Shown here one piece after another: positions 29,815-39,652 of a DNA stretch of 64,000 nt. A program made the position numbers and the translations under genes. The number at the start of each line of letters is the position of its first letter. Position 1 is the stretch's first letter. The notes under the pieces are model-generated. The model did not search any database and was not told the DNA's origin. It saw only the letters and a list, made by a program, of their open reading frames with translations. Source of the stretch: Bacteroidales bacterium (GTDB lineage: Bacteria > Bacteroidota > Bacteroidia > Bacteroidales > B18-G4); contig JAVVEM010000004.1 of NCBI GenBank assembly GCA_032250805.1, positions 41,809 through 105,808 on the forward strand, read 5' to 3'.

Positions 29815-31269
29815 TCAGATGGGTGCGGTAAAATGAAGGTAGAATCCCTGTTTATTCATTTTGTTTATAGCATATTCGAAGCGGAATACCAGATCGTAAT
29901 ATGTAACAAAATCAAGGCCGAGGCCATAGCCGAGCAGCAAGGTATTTTCAAGCTTGTTGTTTAATCCCGGGCCGGGATAAAAGTGATCGGCAAAGCCAAG
30001 GTCGAAGAAAGCATTGATATAAAAAGCATAATGTATTCGTCCAAATTTATCCGACCGGATAAAATCAATGTCAAACTCACGTTTCGGCAAAAGTGCAAAC
30101 TTCAGGTTACTTTTGAATATCCCAAAATTATTGCCATTGACCACATAGTATTCATAGCCCCTGACAATATCCCTGCCAAAGCCTATCGCCTCAATCATGA
30201 AATAGGGTTGTTTTGCATTATTGGAAAACTTCGAATTGATGCCTGCTGCAAAATAAAAGCCTTTATTGAGCTTCATAAACTTCCTGAAGGTAGTAAGCAC
30301 ATAAAAGTTTTCGAGCCCACCATTTTCAAGCAAGCCAAACCCTTTTGCGGCCAGCTCCAGGTCGAAATAATATCCTTCAAGAGGATAGGGCCTGTAATCG
30401 CGATGATCGCTTTTAAACTGGTATGAGAGTGTAAAATACTGGAGTTTCGTTCTTTCTTCAAGCGAAAAAGACGGGTTGATCCTGATCAGTGTATCTTCAA
30501 ATGTTTTCAGATCATAACCCAGCAGCAGGGTGTGTGTGTTATAGATTTGTTTACGATAGATCAGACCAATATATGCATTGACTGATTCCATAAGGTAATC
30601 ATCATCTTTGAAGTATTGAAGTTTATCATTGATATTGATCACAGGCACTTCTCTGGTTCGGCCATAAAAAACCCCCATGCCGATCCCAAAAGTTTCATTT
30701 TTGTCAAGATATGGAAGGGTATAATCAAGCCCATATAATTCGTTATATCCGAAACGAGCGGTAAAATCAACAGATTCTTTTCTGCCTCTGAAATTGTTCC
30801 ATTTCAGTACAACTCCGTAACTCATCCTTGAGAGGTTGCGATTATCCTGCCACCAGGTATTGAAATTCCGGTCGGCAAATTCAATTATCGGCCATGGCCA
30901 GATATACCAGCGTTCGGTGAATATAAAAACGACATTTACTTTTTGCTGCTGCCCGTCTACAGAGACCACTTCGGCCTCCACAAAATTGAACAATGAAGTG
31001 TTAAGCAGGTTTTCCCTGCTTTGTTCAACCAGGGCATCCAGGTTCTGCTCCAGGAGGGTATCGTCGATGGCAAACATAAGTTCGCGCCTGATAATATGAT
31101 CTTTTGTAATCTTGTTGCCTTTGAAAATTATCTTATGAATTATTACCTCAGTATTGTTGGCATTCATCCCGGCAGTAATTGGCGGATTCAGTGCAGCGAA
31201 TGCGAGCCATGTGATTACCGGAATCAGGAATGATAATTGCCGATATTTGATCAGGAGGGGCAAGATCAA
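29815..31269 (-). CDS. Omp85/BamA-family outer membrane protein with a single POTRA-like domain
   Basis: A POTRA-like segment (IIHKIIFKGNKITKDHIIRRELMF) is followed by a barrel of about 370 aa. The apparent start is TTG at 31269, which is needed to keep the signal sequence. Confidence 0.7.
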   Translation of the reverse strand: MILPLLIKYRQLSFLIPVITWLAFAALNPPITAGMNANNTEVIIHKIIFKGNKITKDHIIRRELMFAIDDTLLEQNLDALVEQSRENLLNTSLFNFVEAEVVSVDGQQQKVNVVFIFTERWYIWPWPIIEFADRNFNTWWQDNRNLSRMSYGVVLKWNNFRGRKESVDFTARFGYNELYGLDYTLPYLDKNETFGIGMGVFYGRTREVPVININDKLQYFKDDDYLMESVNAYIGLIYRKQIYNTHTLLLGYDLKTFEDTLIRINPSFSLEERTKLQYFTLSYQFKSDHRDYRPYPLEGYYFDLELAAKGFGLLENGGLENFYVLTTFRKFMKLNKGFYFAAGINSKFSNNAKQPYFMIEAIGFGRDIVRGYEYYVVNGNNFGIFKSNLKFALLPKREFDIDFIRSDKFGRIHYAFYINAFFDLGFADHFYPGPGLNNKLENTLLLGYGLGLDFVTYYDLVFRFEYAINKMNKQGFYLHFTAPI

Positions 31270-31276
31270 AAGAATG

Positions 31277-31942
31277 TTAAACGTTAAGGTAATTCATTAG
31301 TGAATCATAGCGGTCTTTCAGATCATCAGGATCCTCTTCTTTCCCAAACGATGCTTTTATGCTGTAGTTGTAGCGGTTAAGGGTACTGATGATCCCGGAT
31401 ATGTCCTGCTTGTTGACCTTGAGTATCACCTCCATGGTGGTTGAATCAATAGCTGTGGTAATATACATGCTAAGCACCCTGGCATCATTTGATTCGATGA
31501 TCTGTGCAATTTCCGAAAGGCTATAGTCGTTCTGGCTCATCTCCAAAACGATAACTGCTCCCGGGTTTTGGATGGCAGCCATCTTCACAAGGTTACGATT
31601 AAGACTTTCAAAGCTAACCGCCCCAATATAATTGTCGTTGGAGTCAATTACCGGAAGAACGCTGATGCCAAGTTCAGTCATTTGCTTTATGACATCGTAA
31701 ATATGTTCAAAATTCCTGATTGCGGGTCTGGCGTGTGAAAGCCTTATATTTCCTATGGGAGAATCAATGTCTTCCAGATTTTCCTGCAGGTCGGCTTCCG
31801 AAACGAGCCCCAGGTAAGCTGTATTGTTAACTACAGGAAGATGTGCCACCCGGTACTCATCCATCATTGATATGGCTGTTTCAACCGTATCGCTGGTTTT
31901 TAAGGGGGAAATAATATCACTGATCAATTCTTCTGCTATCAT
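31277..31942 (-). CDS. CBS domain pair protein
   Basis: 221 aa. Two CBS-like modules (VAHLPVVNNTAYLGLVSEADL and ISVLPVIDSNDNYIGAVSFESL) plus a C-terminal small domain. Confidence 0.75.
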   Translation of the reverse strand: MIAEELISDIISPLKTSDTVETAISMMDEYRVAHLPVVNNTAYLGLVSEADLQENLEDIDSPIGNIRLSHARPAIRNFEHIYDVIKQMTELGISVLPVIDSNDNYIGAVSFESLNRNLVKMAAIQNPGAVIVLEMSQNDYSLSEIAQIIESNDARVLSMYITTAIDSTTMEVILKVNKQDISGIISTLNRYNYSIKASFGKEEDPDDLKDRYDSLMNYLNV

Positions 31943-31952
31943 TGTTTTTAAT

Positions 31953-32867
31953 TTAGTCGTTTATATCTGAAATAATCCTCAGGTATCCTTCATAGCGTTG
32001 TTTGCTGAACCTGCCGTCATTCACAGCTTCCTTTACTGCACATCCGGGTTCGTTAATGTGGGTGCAGTTGGTGTACCTGCACAGAGGCATTAATTCGCGC
32101 ATTTCAGGGTAGCGCTCAGCAAGTGTTTGTTCATCAAGCTCGTACAGTCCAAACTCTTTAATACCCGGGGTATCAATGATAAACCCGCCGAATGAGAGTT
32201 TATACATTGTAGCAAAGGTAGTGGTGTGCACTCCTTTATCGTGCATTTTGGAGATTGGTTTTGTTTTAATGTTCAGTAGGGGTTCAATATAATTAATAAG
32301 AGCCGACTTCCCCACCCCCGAATGACCTGCCAGCAGTGATATTTTGTCTTTTAAAAGCGCTTTTACCATATGCGTATTCTCACCGGTTTTTGCCGAAACG
32401 GCATAAGAGGGATATCCTGCTTTTTCATAAACTGACCGCAACTCATCCAGTTTCTCCATTTTTTTATCATCATACAGGTCGGTCTTGTTAAAAATAATTC
32501 CTGCCGGGATATGATAAGCCTCAGCAGTGATCAGAAATCGATCGATAAAACCTGTCGATGTGCGCGGTAGTGCCAGGGTTGCGATCATGAGTGCCTGATC
32601 GAGATTGGCGGCAAGAATGTGTGATTCTTTCGACAGTTTCGTTGCCTTTCTGATAATATAGTTTTTGCGTGGAAGGATGCGGGTTATCAGTCCTGTATCT
32701 TCATCCTTTTGAATAAAAAACTCAACTCTATCGCCAACTGCCAGGGGGTTCGTGGTTTTAATGCCACTTATTTTGAATTTCCCTTTCAGCCTGCAATCAG
32801 TAGTTTTACCGTCAGAACCCAATACGCTGTACCAGCTTCCTGTTGATTGAATTACTATTCCTTCCAA
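31953..32867 (-). CDS. rsgA: ribosome small subunit-dependent GTPase A
   Basis: Circularly permuted GTPase motifs NKTDL and GHSGVGKSALIN, plus the zinc knuckle CRYTNCTHINEPGC. The start codon is TTG at 32867. Confidence 0.88.
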   Translation of the reverse strand: MEGIVIQSTGSWYSVLGSDGKTTDCRLKGKFKISGIKTTNPLAVGDRVEFFIQKDEDTGLITRILPRKNYIIRKATKLSKESHILAANLDQALMIATLALPRTSTGFIDRFLITAEAYHIPAGIIFNKTDLYDDKKMEKLDELRSVYEKAGYPSYAVSAKTGENTHMVKALLKDKISLLAGHSGVGKSALINYIEPLLNIKTKPISKMHDKGVHTTTFATMYKLSFGGFIIDTPGIKEFGLYELDEQTLAERYPEMRELMPLCRYTNCTHINEPGCAVKEAVNDGRFSKQRYEGYLRIISDIND

Positions 32868-32912
32868 TTCACCTGAGTTTAGGATTTTGCAAAGGTACGT
32901 TATTATGGAAAC

Positions 32913-34025
32913 TCATGTTCGGATGGCATACATCTTTCCGGGGAGGCCGGCGATGATACCTTCAAATTCAAGTTTCAGCAGAATGGATGCAGTTTTGGAA
33001 GCGCCAAGGCCCGATATCATCACAATATCATCAACGGAAGCTTTCTCTTTGGCAAGAATGATCTGAAGCACTTTTTTTTCTTCCGGCCCACAATTTTGGA
33101 GCAATTCAAGATCATTTTTTTTCTTTTCCACAGATCCATCCCAGCCCATCGAATACCTGATATCAGCCGCCGATCTGACCAGTGCCGCGATATTTCTCCG
33201 GATCAGCAAATGACAACCATCGGAAAACTCGTCGTTCACCCTTCCGGGGACGGCAAATACATCTCTGTTATATGAATTTGCAATATTTGCAGTAATCACA
33301 GCCCCACCTTTTGTTGCCGATTCTACTACCACGACGGCATCAACCAGTCCGGCAATGATGCGGTTGCGTTTAGGAAAATTTTCTCTGTCGGGAATGGTGT
33401 CGCTCAGGAATTCTGTGATCAGCCCACCCTGTCCCAGCATTCTGCGTGCCATATTCCTGTTTTGGAAAGGATAAATGCGATCGAGCCCATGCGCCAGCAC
33501 CCCAACCGTATTCAGCCCTGCAGCCAGGGCTCTGCGATGTGCACAGCTGTCGATACCGTATGCCATTCCACTTACAATAAGAATATCATCGCCACTAAAA
33601 TCATCGATGATCTCTTCGCAAATGCGACAACCATAAGAAGTTGCATGGCGGGTACCAACAATGGCGATGGCCTTTTTCGTACGAAAATCTTCATTTCCCT
33701 TATAGTATAAAAATAAGGGGCTATCGGCACAATGCTTAAGTCTGGCCGGGTAGTCATCATCATAAAAATACAAAGGTTTAATCTTATTTTTTCGTATGAA
33801 TTCAAGTTCAGTTTCTGCCCTTTCAAGAAGCATTTTAACGTTAGGCCCATCCTTCAGGATCTTATTCATTCCGGGAATTTTAAGGATTTTGGCCCTCGAT
33901 TGTGTAAACAGGATCTCCGGCTCACCAATCCATGAAATCAATTTTTTTGAATTCATGTTGCCAATTCCGGGAATAAGCGTAATGGCTATTCGATAAAGCA
34001 GATCCTTGTCATCATAGTCTGTCAT
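32913..34025 (-). CDS. dprA: DNA-processing protein DprA (Smf)
   Basis: Motifs IVGTRHATSYG, SGMAYGIDSCAHRRAL and ATKGGAVITA. Confidence 0.88.
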   Translation of the reverse strand: MTDYDDKDLLYRIAITLIPGIGNMNSKKLISWIGEPEILFTQSRAKILKIPGMNKILKDGPNVKMLLERAETELEFIRKNKIKPLYFYDDDYPARLKHCADSPLFLYYKGNEDFRTKKAIAIVGTRHATSYGCRICEEIIDDFSGDDILIVSGMAYGIDSCAHRRALAAGLNTVGVLAHGLDRIYPFQNRNMARRMLGQGGLITEFLSDTIPDRENFPKRNRIIAGLVDAVVVVESATKGGAVITANIANSYNRDVFAVPGRVNDEFSDGCHLLIRRNIAALVRSAADIRYSMGWDGSVEKKKNDLELLQNCGPEEKKVLQIILAKEKASVDDIVMISGLGASKTASILLKLEFEGIIAGLPGKMYAIRT

Positions 34026-34218
34026 GAATTTAATTCTTTTACAGGTGTTCTTCCGGTTTCACAACAGGCGGTATAGCAAATTCGCCAGTTATGTGTATTT
34101 TTATCATCAATTATCCGGTGGTTATAGAGCCCGGGCATAAGCCGTGATATACCCACCTATCTATTAGTATCTTTTTTTTAAAAATGTCACCACTAAAAGC
34201 TTCATTTTTTTCAAAATT

Positions 34219-35304
34219 TTGAAAAAAAATAAAAATATACTTATTTGTCCACTGGATTGGGGCATCGGTCATGCCAGCAGGTGTATTCCCATTATTGAAC
34301 AGTTATTGAGGCAGAAAGCCAATGTGCTGGTTGGTGCCGGTGGCCGAACGGCTTCATTTCTTAAAAGCTGTTTTCCCGGCATTCAGATCGTTCCTGTTGA
34401 AGGATACAACATTCACTATCCTTCCGGGGGAAGCATGGCCGTTGAAATGCTACGTCAGACACCAAAACTCCTGAGGGCGATCAGGCGTGAGCATCAGCAA
34501 GTCAGTAAAATAATTGATGCACACAACATCCATGCAGTTATCTCCGACAACAGGTTTGGGATGTGGTCGCCAAAAACATACAGTATTTACATCACGCATC
34601 AGGTAAAAATAAGCGCACCCGGAATGATGGGTATAACAGAGCAATTGCTGCACCGTTTCCATAATCACTATATTCAAAAATATGATGAATGCTGGATCCC
34701 GGATCTCCCTGAGCGGCCGGGGCTTGCCGGTGACCTTTCGCATACAGCTACCGATGGAAACTGTTTTTTTATCGGTCCCCAATCCCGCTTTAACCCCGCA
34801 TTGTCATCCAAAAATGGTGAGCGCTACGATCTTATGGTAATCATCAGCGGGCCTGAACCGCAGAGGAGCATATTCGAAAAAATGGTTCTCGATCAATTGG
34901 GACGAACCAACTATAAAGCCATTGTCCTGCTAGGAAAACCTGAAGCACCTGAGCATTCAGCTTATCAAAGAAGGAATGTTTTCATTTATCCACATCTTAA
35001 TACAAAAAAGATGCAAAAGGCCATGGAATCCTCTTCACTTATTGTAAGCCGGCCGGGCTATTCGAGCATTATGGACATGGCTGTTTTGGGACTTCAGGCC
35101 GCATTTGTGCCCACACCCGGACAAACAGAACAGATATACCTCGCCAGGCTGCATCACGATCAGAAGCATTATTTCTCGACAACGCAAAAAGCATTCGATC
35201 TTGAGGAACTCATCAGATCATCAAAAAATTTTGAAGGATTAAAAATTGTGCCGGATCATAGGGTACTGCATGAAAGGGTAGCACAATTACTTGACCGGAT
35301 TTAA
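34219..35304 (+). CDS. GT-B fold glycosyltransferase (MurG/MGT-like), acceptor unknown
   Basis: N-terminal ILICPLDWGIGHASRCIPIIEQL and C-terminal SRPGYSSIMD...PTPGQTEQ resemble GT1/GT28 enzymes. The start is TTG at 34219, with no in-frame ATG upstream. Confidence 0.6.
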   Translation: MKKNKNILICPLDWGIGHASRCIPIIEQLLRQKANVLVGAGGRTASFLKSCFPGIQIVPVEGYNIHYPSGGSMAVEMLRQTPKLLRAIRREHQQVSKIIDAHNIHAVISDNRFGMWSPKTYSIYITHQVKISAPGMMGITEQLLHRFHNHYIQKYDECWIPDLPERPGLAGDLSHTATDGNCFFIGPQSRFNPALSSKNGERYDLMVIISGPEPQRSIFEKMVLDQLGRTNYKAIVLLGKPEAPEHSAYQRRNVFIYPHLNTKKMQKAMESSSLIVSRPGYSSIMDMAVLGLQAAFVPTPGQTEQIYLARLHHDQKHYFSTTQKAFDLEELIRSSKNFEGLKIVPDHRVLHERVAQLLDRI

Positions 35305-35324
35305 AGAATACACCTAAAAAAATC

Positions 35325-35332
35325 TATATTTG
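35325..35332 (+). promoter_or_regulatory. -7 box candidate for lgt
   Basis: TATATTTGCA, 20 nt before ATG 35353. Confidence 0.5.
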
Positions 35333-35352
35333 CATAATAAATTTTACCACCT

Positions 35353-36180
35353 ATGATCCTGAATTCAATTGTCTGGAGCCCAACACCCGTAATTTTCGAA
35401 GTTGATATCCCCGGCCTTGGCACACTTGCCCCCCGCTGGTATGGTTTGCTGTTTGCCCTGGGTTTTGTGTTTGGTTATATCATCATGTATAAGATATTCA
35501 GAAAGGAACGGATCGCTATCAGGGTTCTTGACCAACTGGCCACATATATGATCATTGCCACAATTATCGGAGCCAGGCTCGGGCATGTATTGTTTTATGA
35601 ACCACGCGAATATTTCAACGATCCCATACAAATACTGATGGTGTGGAAAGGCGGGCTGGCCAGCCATGGCGCAGCAATTGCCATTATCATTGCCCTGCTT
35701 ATTTTTTCAAAGCGTATCCATAAGCCGTTCATATGGGTCTTTGACCGGATATCAATTGTTGTTGCACTTGCCGGTGCCTTTATCCGTACCGGCAACCTGA
35801 TGAATTCCGAAATCTTTGGTGTAGCTACTTCCCTTCCCTGGGGATTTAAGTTTATCAATACCGACCCCAGTCTTGTTGCCAAGCATCCGACACAGATCTA
35901 CGAAGCATTGGCCTACCTTCTTATTTTCGTTTATTTGTGGGCAGTTTATCTTAAGCGCGATGGAAGACCAAGGCCTGGTTTTCTGTTTGCAATGTTCATG
36001 ATACTCGTATTCAGTGTGCGCTTCCTGATCGAATTCCTGAAAGAGCCCCAGGTAGCTTTCGAAACAGAGATGACCCTGAATATGGGTCAGCTATTAAGCA
36101 TCCCCTTTGTATTGCTCGGAGTGATCACGCTTTTCATAATTTACAGGAATAAGAATAAACCCGCCGCAAAAAAGTCATAG
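35353..36180 (+). CDS. lgt: prolipoprotein diacylglyceryl transferase
   Basis: 275 aa polytopic protein. Motifs RWYGLLFALGF, GARLGHVLFYEP, WKGGLASHG and HPTQIYEAL. Confidence 0.88.
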   Translation: MILNSIVWSPTPVIFEVDIPGLGTLAPRWYGLLFALGFVFGYIIMYKIFRKERIAIRVLDQLATYMIIATIIGARLGHVLFYEPREYFNDPIQILMVWKGGLASHGAAIAIIIALLIFSKRIHKPFIWVFDRISIVVALAGAFIRTGNLMNSEIFGVATSLPWGFKFINTDPSLVAKHPTQIYEALAYLLIFVYLWAVYLKRDGRPRPGFLFAMFMILVFSVRFLIEFLKEPQVAFETEMTLNMGQLLSIPFVLLGVITLFIIYRNKNKPAAKKS

Positions 36181-36209
36181 CACAAGCCTAAATGGATTCC
36201 TGGTTTTAT

Positions 36210-39200
36210 TTATTCCAGAATTTCCATATGTTTCATCAGAATTGCTTCAGCTTCATCAGAGAGTTCCTGTTGATCATTCATCTCCGTAACTTCCACGATC
36301 CTCCTTAGCATGGCAATATCCTGCTGCATCTCTGTACTGTAGAGTGCATCAGCAAAAGCAGGGTCGAGAGAAAGAAAATAAGTAAGTTCCTGATCGCAAA
36401 CATCAAGGAGTTTCCTGACTTCATCATTTGCCTTCTCAACCTCGCCTGCGCCGTAATAAAGCTCCACATAAGGCATCATAATGATGTCGTAATGGATTTT
36501 ATTGTGGGGGAAATAATGAAGGCACGTATCCATAATATCGACGGCCTTGTCGATTCTACTTTCATTTTTGAGGGCCTGCGCGATCCTGAGAAAGTTTTGT
36601 TTCAATATCCTGGCATGACGATAGCTTTCCCTGTCGACAATAACAGAGGGGTCGTTGAGGTTGCCCCATCGAAAATCGTTCATGACGATATCGTAGGATT
36701 TGTTTGCATTGACACCACCCAGGCCGGGGATATATTCACTGGATTTTACCGGCATGAATTTATACACGGTTCCTTCAAGGTGGCAATATTCACCAATATC
36801 AAGAACACGCTCGATTGAGTTCGGATTTGCGAAATACAGGGGTCGCTCCCAATTATTGGTGGCGAGAAAATCGAGCAGCATAAGATCATTCTTATATAGG
36901 GCATTTTGTTTGATATCCCACTCAATATATGGAACAATAAGGTGTGCCATTTCAGGGGGAACAATGCCATTTTCAACACATTTGGCCGAATCAACCATCA
37001 ACCTTAGCTTTTTTGCAGGCATATAGTTGATCTTTTCTCCCGAAGTGAGTGGCAATTTTGTTCTTTCATCCTCACTTGCAATAAAATTAATCAGTTCACT
37101 TAGCTCAACGCGTCCTTTAACTCCCCTGTCGACATACATTATATATTGGTTACGTCCTTTTTCATACTGATCAGGAGTAAGTGTTAAGGGCAGGGGTTCG
37201 GAGTCATATATCTTTCTGCCAAGTTGATGCACATACCAGTATCCTGACGAGAGCATATAATTTACCACCCTTACATCCGTACGGAATCCTTCAACTTCCT
37301 GAACATACCATAAGGGGAAAGTATCGTTATCGCCATTTGTGATTAGAACGGCATCCTCATCACATGAGGCCAGATAGTTCATCCCAAAATCGCGTGCTGT
37401 ATATTTTCCGGAACGGTCGTGATCGTCCCATCCCTGCCTGGCCATAATACCCGGTACAAGGATGAGGCAAAGCAGGGTGATGCCTCCGGCCATAATGCCA
37501 CTGCTGCCCATATATTTCTTCATCCACGAATAAATGCCCAGCACTCCCAAACCTATCCAAATGGCAAAAGCATAAAACGAACCCGTGTAGGCGTAATCGC
37601 GCTCCCTTGGCTGATATGGATACTGGTTCAGGTACAGTACAATCGCGATGCCGGTCATAAAAAATAGCAAAGTCACCACCAGGGCGTCTTTCTTAGATGC
37701 ACGGAAATGAAAATACAAACCGATCAGGCCAAGGATAAGCGGCAAAAAATAAAACTTATTCCGTGCCGGGTTCGACATGCTGTCGGGGAGGTTTTCCTGA
37801 CTGCCCAGCCTTGAATTATCAATAAAAGGGATACCACTGATCCAGTTTCCGTTCTTCGGGCCCGGCTGTGCTTCGATATTATCCTGCCGACCCACAAAAT
37901 TCCACATAAAATAGCGGAAATACATATGCCCAAGCTGATAGCGAAAAAAGAATCCGAGGTTGTCGCCAAAAGAGGGTTTTTTCAGGCTTTCGCCATTCAC
38001 ATCAATGGTAGTGGCATTATTCACGTACTGGTTGTACATGCGTTTGTGCTCAGGTTTCTGGTTGCTCCACATCCTCGGAAAAATGGTCATAAAGCGCTTA
38101 TCATAAACAGGAATGGTACCAATCCTTTTATCGGTAATAATATACCTGCCGGATTTATCATCCCTGATATACTGCGGATTGCCATCGTCATAATCAACAA
38201 TAGGTGCTGTGTAATACTGCCCATAAACTTTAGGCCAGGAGCCGTATTGCTCCCTGTTGAGATAAGCGAGCAGGGAGATGGCATCTTCGGGGCTGTTTTC
38301 ATCGATCGGTGTATTTTCATTTGATCTGATGATCAACAGAAAAAAGGAAGAATATCCAATCAGTATGAACACAAAGCTCAGAACAAGCGCGTTCAGCAAT
38401 ACCTTGTTTTTTTTGTGTGTATACCTGATTCCCAGCACAATAAGGGCGATCAGGATAATAAAATAGATGAGTGTGCCGGTGTTGAAAGGCATCCCTGCCG
38501 TATTTACAAAAAAGAGCTCAAAAGCTGTTGAAAGGCTTACCACACCCGGAATGATCACAAACATTATAATGCTGAGCAATATCATGGAAATGGCCAAAGT
38601 AAGAACTACCCCTTTTGTAGTGACCTTATATTTTTTAAAATAATACACAAAAGCTATTGCAGGAATGGCAAGCAGGTTAAGCATATGCACACCGATAGAA
38701 AGGCCGACCAGGAAAGCAATGAGCAAAATCCAGCGCAGCGAATGATTTTCATTGGCTACCTTTTCCCACCGAAGTATGGCCCAGAAGGTAATTGCCGTAA
38801 AAAACGACGACATGGCATATACTTCACCTTCAACCGCTGAGAACCAGAACGAATCGGAAAAAGTAAATGCCAGGGCGCCCACCAGGCCACTGCCCAGGAT
38901 GGCATACATATTTCCTTTTGTCAGTTCTTCATTCCCGGCAAAAAGTTTACGGGCCAGCATGGTGATGGTCCAGAACAGAAACAATACTGTGAAGCTGCTG
39001 CTCAGAGCCGACATGGCATTGATCATCATGGCCACTTTCGACGTATCGCCAAAGGCAAAGAGCGAGAAAAACCTTCCCAGAAGCTGGAACAGGGGTGCAC
39101 CCGGGGGGTGGCCTACCTGCAGTTTATATGCTGTTGCAATATACTCACCGCAATCCCACCAGCTCGCCGTAGGTTCGAGGGTAAGAAAGTATGTAATGGT

Positions 39201-39269
39201 AGCAATAAGGAATACAAGCCAGCCAAGCAGCTTATTTAATTTCGTATAATTTTCCATGGGATGCTTCAT
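36210..39269 (-). CDS. DUF2723 / GT-C-like (TMEM260-type) large polytopic membrane protein
   Basis: 1019 aa. The N-terminal half has at least 10 hydrophobic segments and starts with TASWWDCGEYIATAYKLQVGHPPGAPLF, which is typical of DUF2723. The C-terminal half is a soluble helical-repeat-like region. Confidence 0.7.
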   Translation of the reverse strand: MKHPMENYTKLNKLLGWLVFLIATITYFLTLEPTASWWDCGEYIATAYKLQVGHPPGAPLFQLLGRFFSLFAFGDTSKVAMMINAMSALSSSFTVLFLFWTITMLARKLFAGNEELTKGNMYAILGSGLVGALAFTFSDSFWFSAVEGEVYAMSSFFTAITFWAILRWEKVANENHSLRWILLIAFLVGLSIGVHMLNLLAIPAIAFVYYFKKYKVTTKGVVLTLAISMILLSIIMFVIIPGVVSLSTAFELFFVNTAGMPFNTGTLIYFIILIALIVLGIRYTHKKNKVLLNALVLSFVFILIGYSSFFLLIIRSNENTPIDENSPEDAISLLAYLNREQYGSWPKVYGQYYTAPIVDYDDGNPQYIRDDKSGRYIITDKRIGTIPVYDKRFMTIFPRMWSNQKPEHKRMYNQYVNNATTIDVNGESLKKPSFGDNLGFFFRYQLGHMYFRYFMWNFVGRQDNIEAQPGPKNGNWISGIPFIDNSRLGSQENLPDSMSNPARNKFYFLPLILGLIGLYFHFRASKKDALVVTLLFFMTGIAIVLYLNQYPYQPRERDYAYTGSFYAFAIWIGLGVLGIYSWMKKYMGSSGIMAGGITLLCLILVPGIMARQGWDDHDRSGKYTARDFGMNYLASCDEDAVLITNGDNDTFPLWYVQEVEGFRTDVRVVNYMLSSGYWYVHQLGRKIYDSEPLPLTLTPDQYEKGRNQYIMYVDRGVKGRVELSELINFIASEDERTKLPLTSGEKINYMPAKKLRLMVDSAKCVENGIVPPEMAHLIVPYIEWDIKQNALYKNDLMLLDFLATNNWERPLYFANPNSIERVLDIGEYCHLEGTVYKFMPVKSSEYIPGLGGVNANKSYDIVMNDFRWGNLNDPSVIVDRESYRHARILKQNFLRIAQALKNESRIDKAVDIMDTCLHYFPHNKIHYDIIMMPYVELYYGAGEVEKANDEVRKLLDVCDQELTYFLSLDPAFADALYSTEMQQDIAMLRRIVEVTEMNDQQELSDEAEAILMKHMEILE

Positions 39270-39435
39270 TTAGCTGTTGAAAACATCAGCGAAAATATGA
39301 ATTTTGCGCTTATGGCTCCTGCAGCAAAGGTCAAATTATGGAATTTTAACAATAAAATCTTCTCAAAATGGCTTTCAGCCGGTGCCAAATGATTGAAATT
39401 AAAGTAGAATATTTTTTTTAATATCATATTTTTTG

Positions 39436-39443
39436 TACTTTTG
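39436..39443 (+). promoter_or_regulatory. -7 box candidate for the tRNA-Gln / rimP-nusA-infB transcript
   Basis: TACTTTTGCA, 78 nt before the first tRNA nucleotide (39522). Confidence 0.5.
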
Positions 39444-39521
39444 CACCGCGTTAGCACGCCGTAACCTTAGCAAAGGCGGAAAATGAAGATTGTTCTGTCT
39501 AAGCTTTAACTTCGGTAAAGG

Positions 39522-39594
39522 TGTCCGATGGTGTAACTGGCAACACGTCTGATTTTGGTTCAGAAGAGTCCAGGTTCGAGCCCTGGTCGGACAA
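39522..39594 (+). tRNA. tRNA-Gln (anticodon UUG)
   Basis: Hand-folded cloverleaf. Acceptor TGTCCGA/TCGGACA (U1-A72), U8, D stem GTGT/ACAC with a GG loop, anticodon stem TCTGA/TCAGA, loop TTTTGGT (TTG at 39555..39557), T stem CCAGG/CCTGG with a TTCGAGC loop, discriminator A. No CCA is encoded. Confidence 0.9.
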
Positions 39595-39614
39595 CATTAG
39601 ACGGAAGGATATTT

Positions 39615-39641
39615 GAGGGGACTACAGTCCCCTCTTTTATT
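39615..39641 (+). terminator. intrinsic terminator/attenuator between tRNA-Gln and rimP
   Basis: Stem GAGGGGAC (39615..39622), loop TACA, stem GTCCCCTC (39627..39634), then TTTTATT. It ends 12 nt before the rimP ATG. Confidence 0.75.
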
Positions 39642-39652
39642 GAAAATAAAAA

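Noticed and set aside
34986-34994. Perfect DnaA box TTATCCACA, as a possible sign of a replication origin.
   Set aside because: It is a single copy inside a coding region. There is no cluster of boxes, no AT-rich unwinding element and no dnaA or dnaN nearby.
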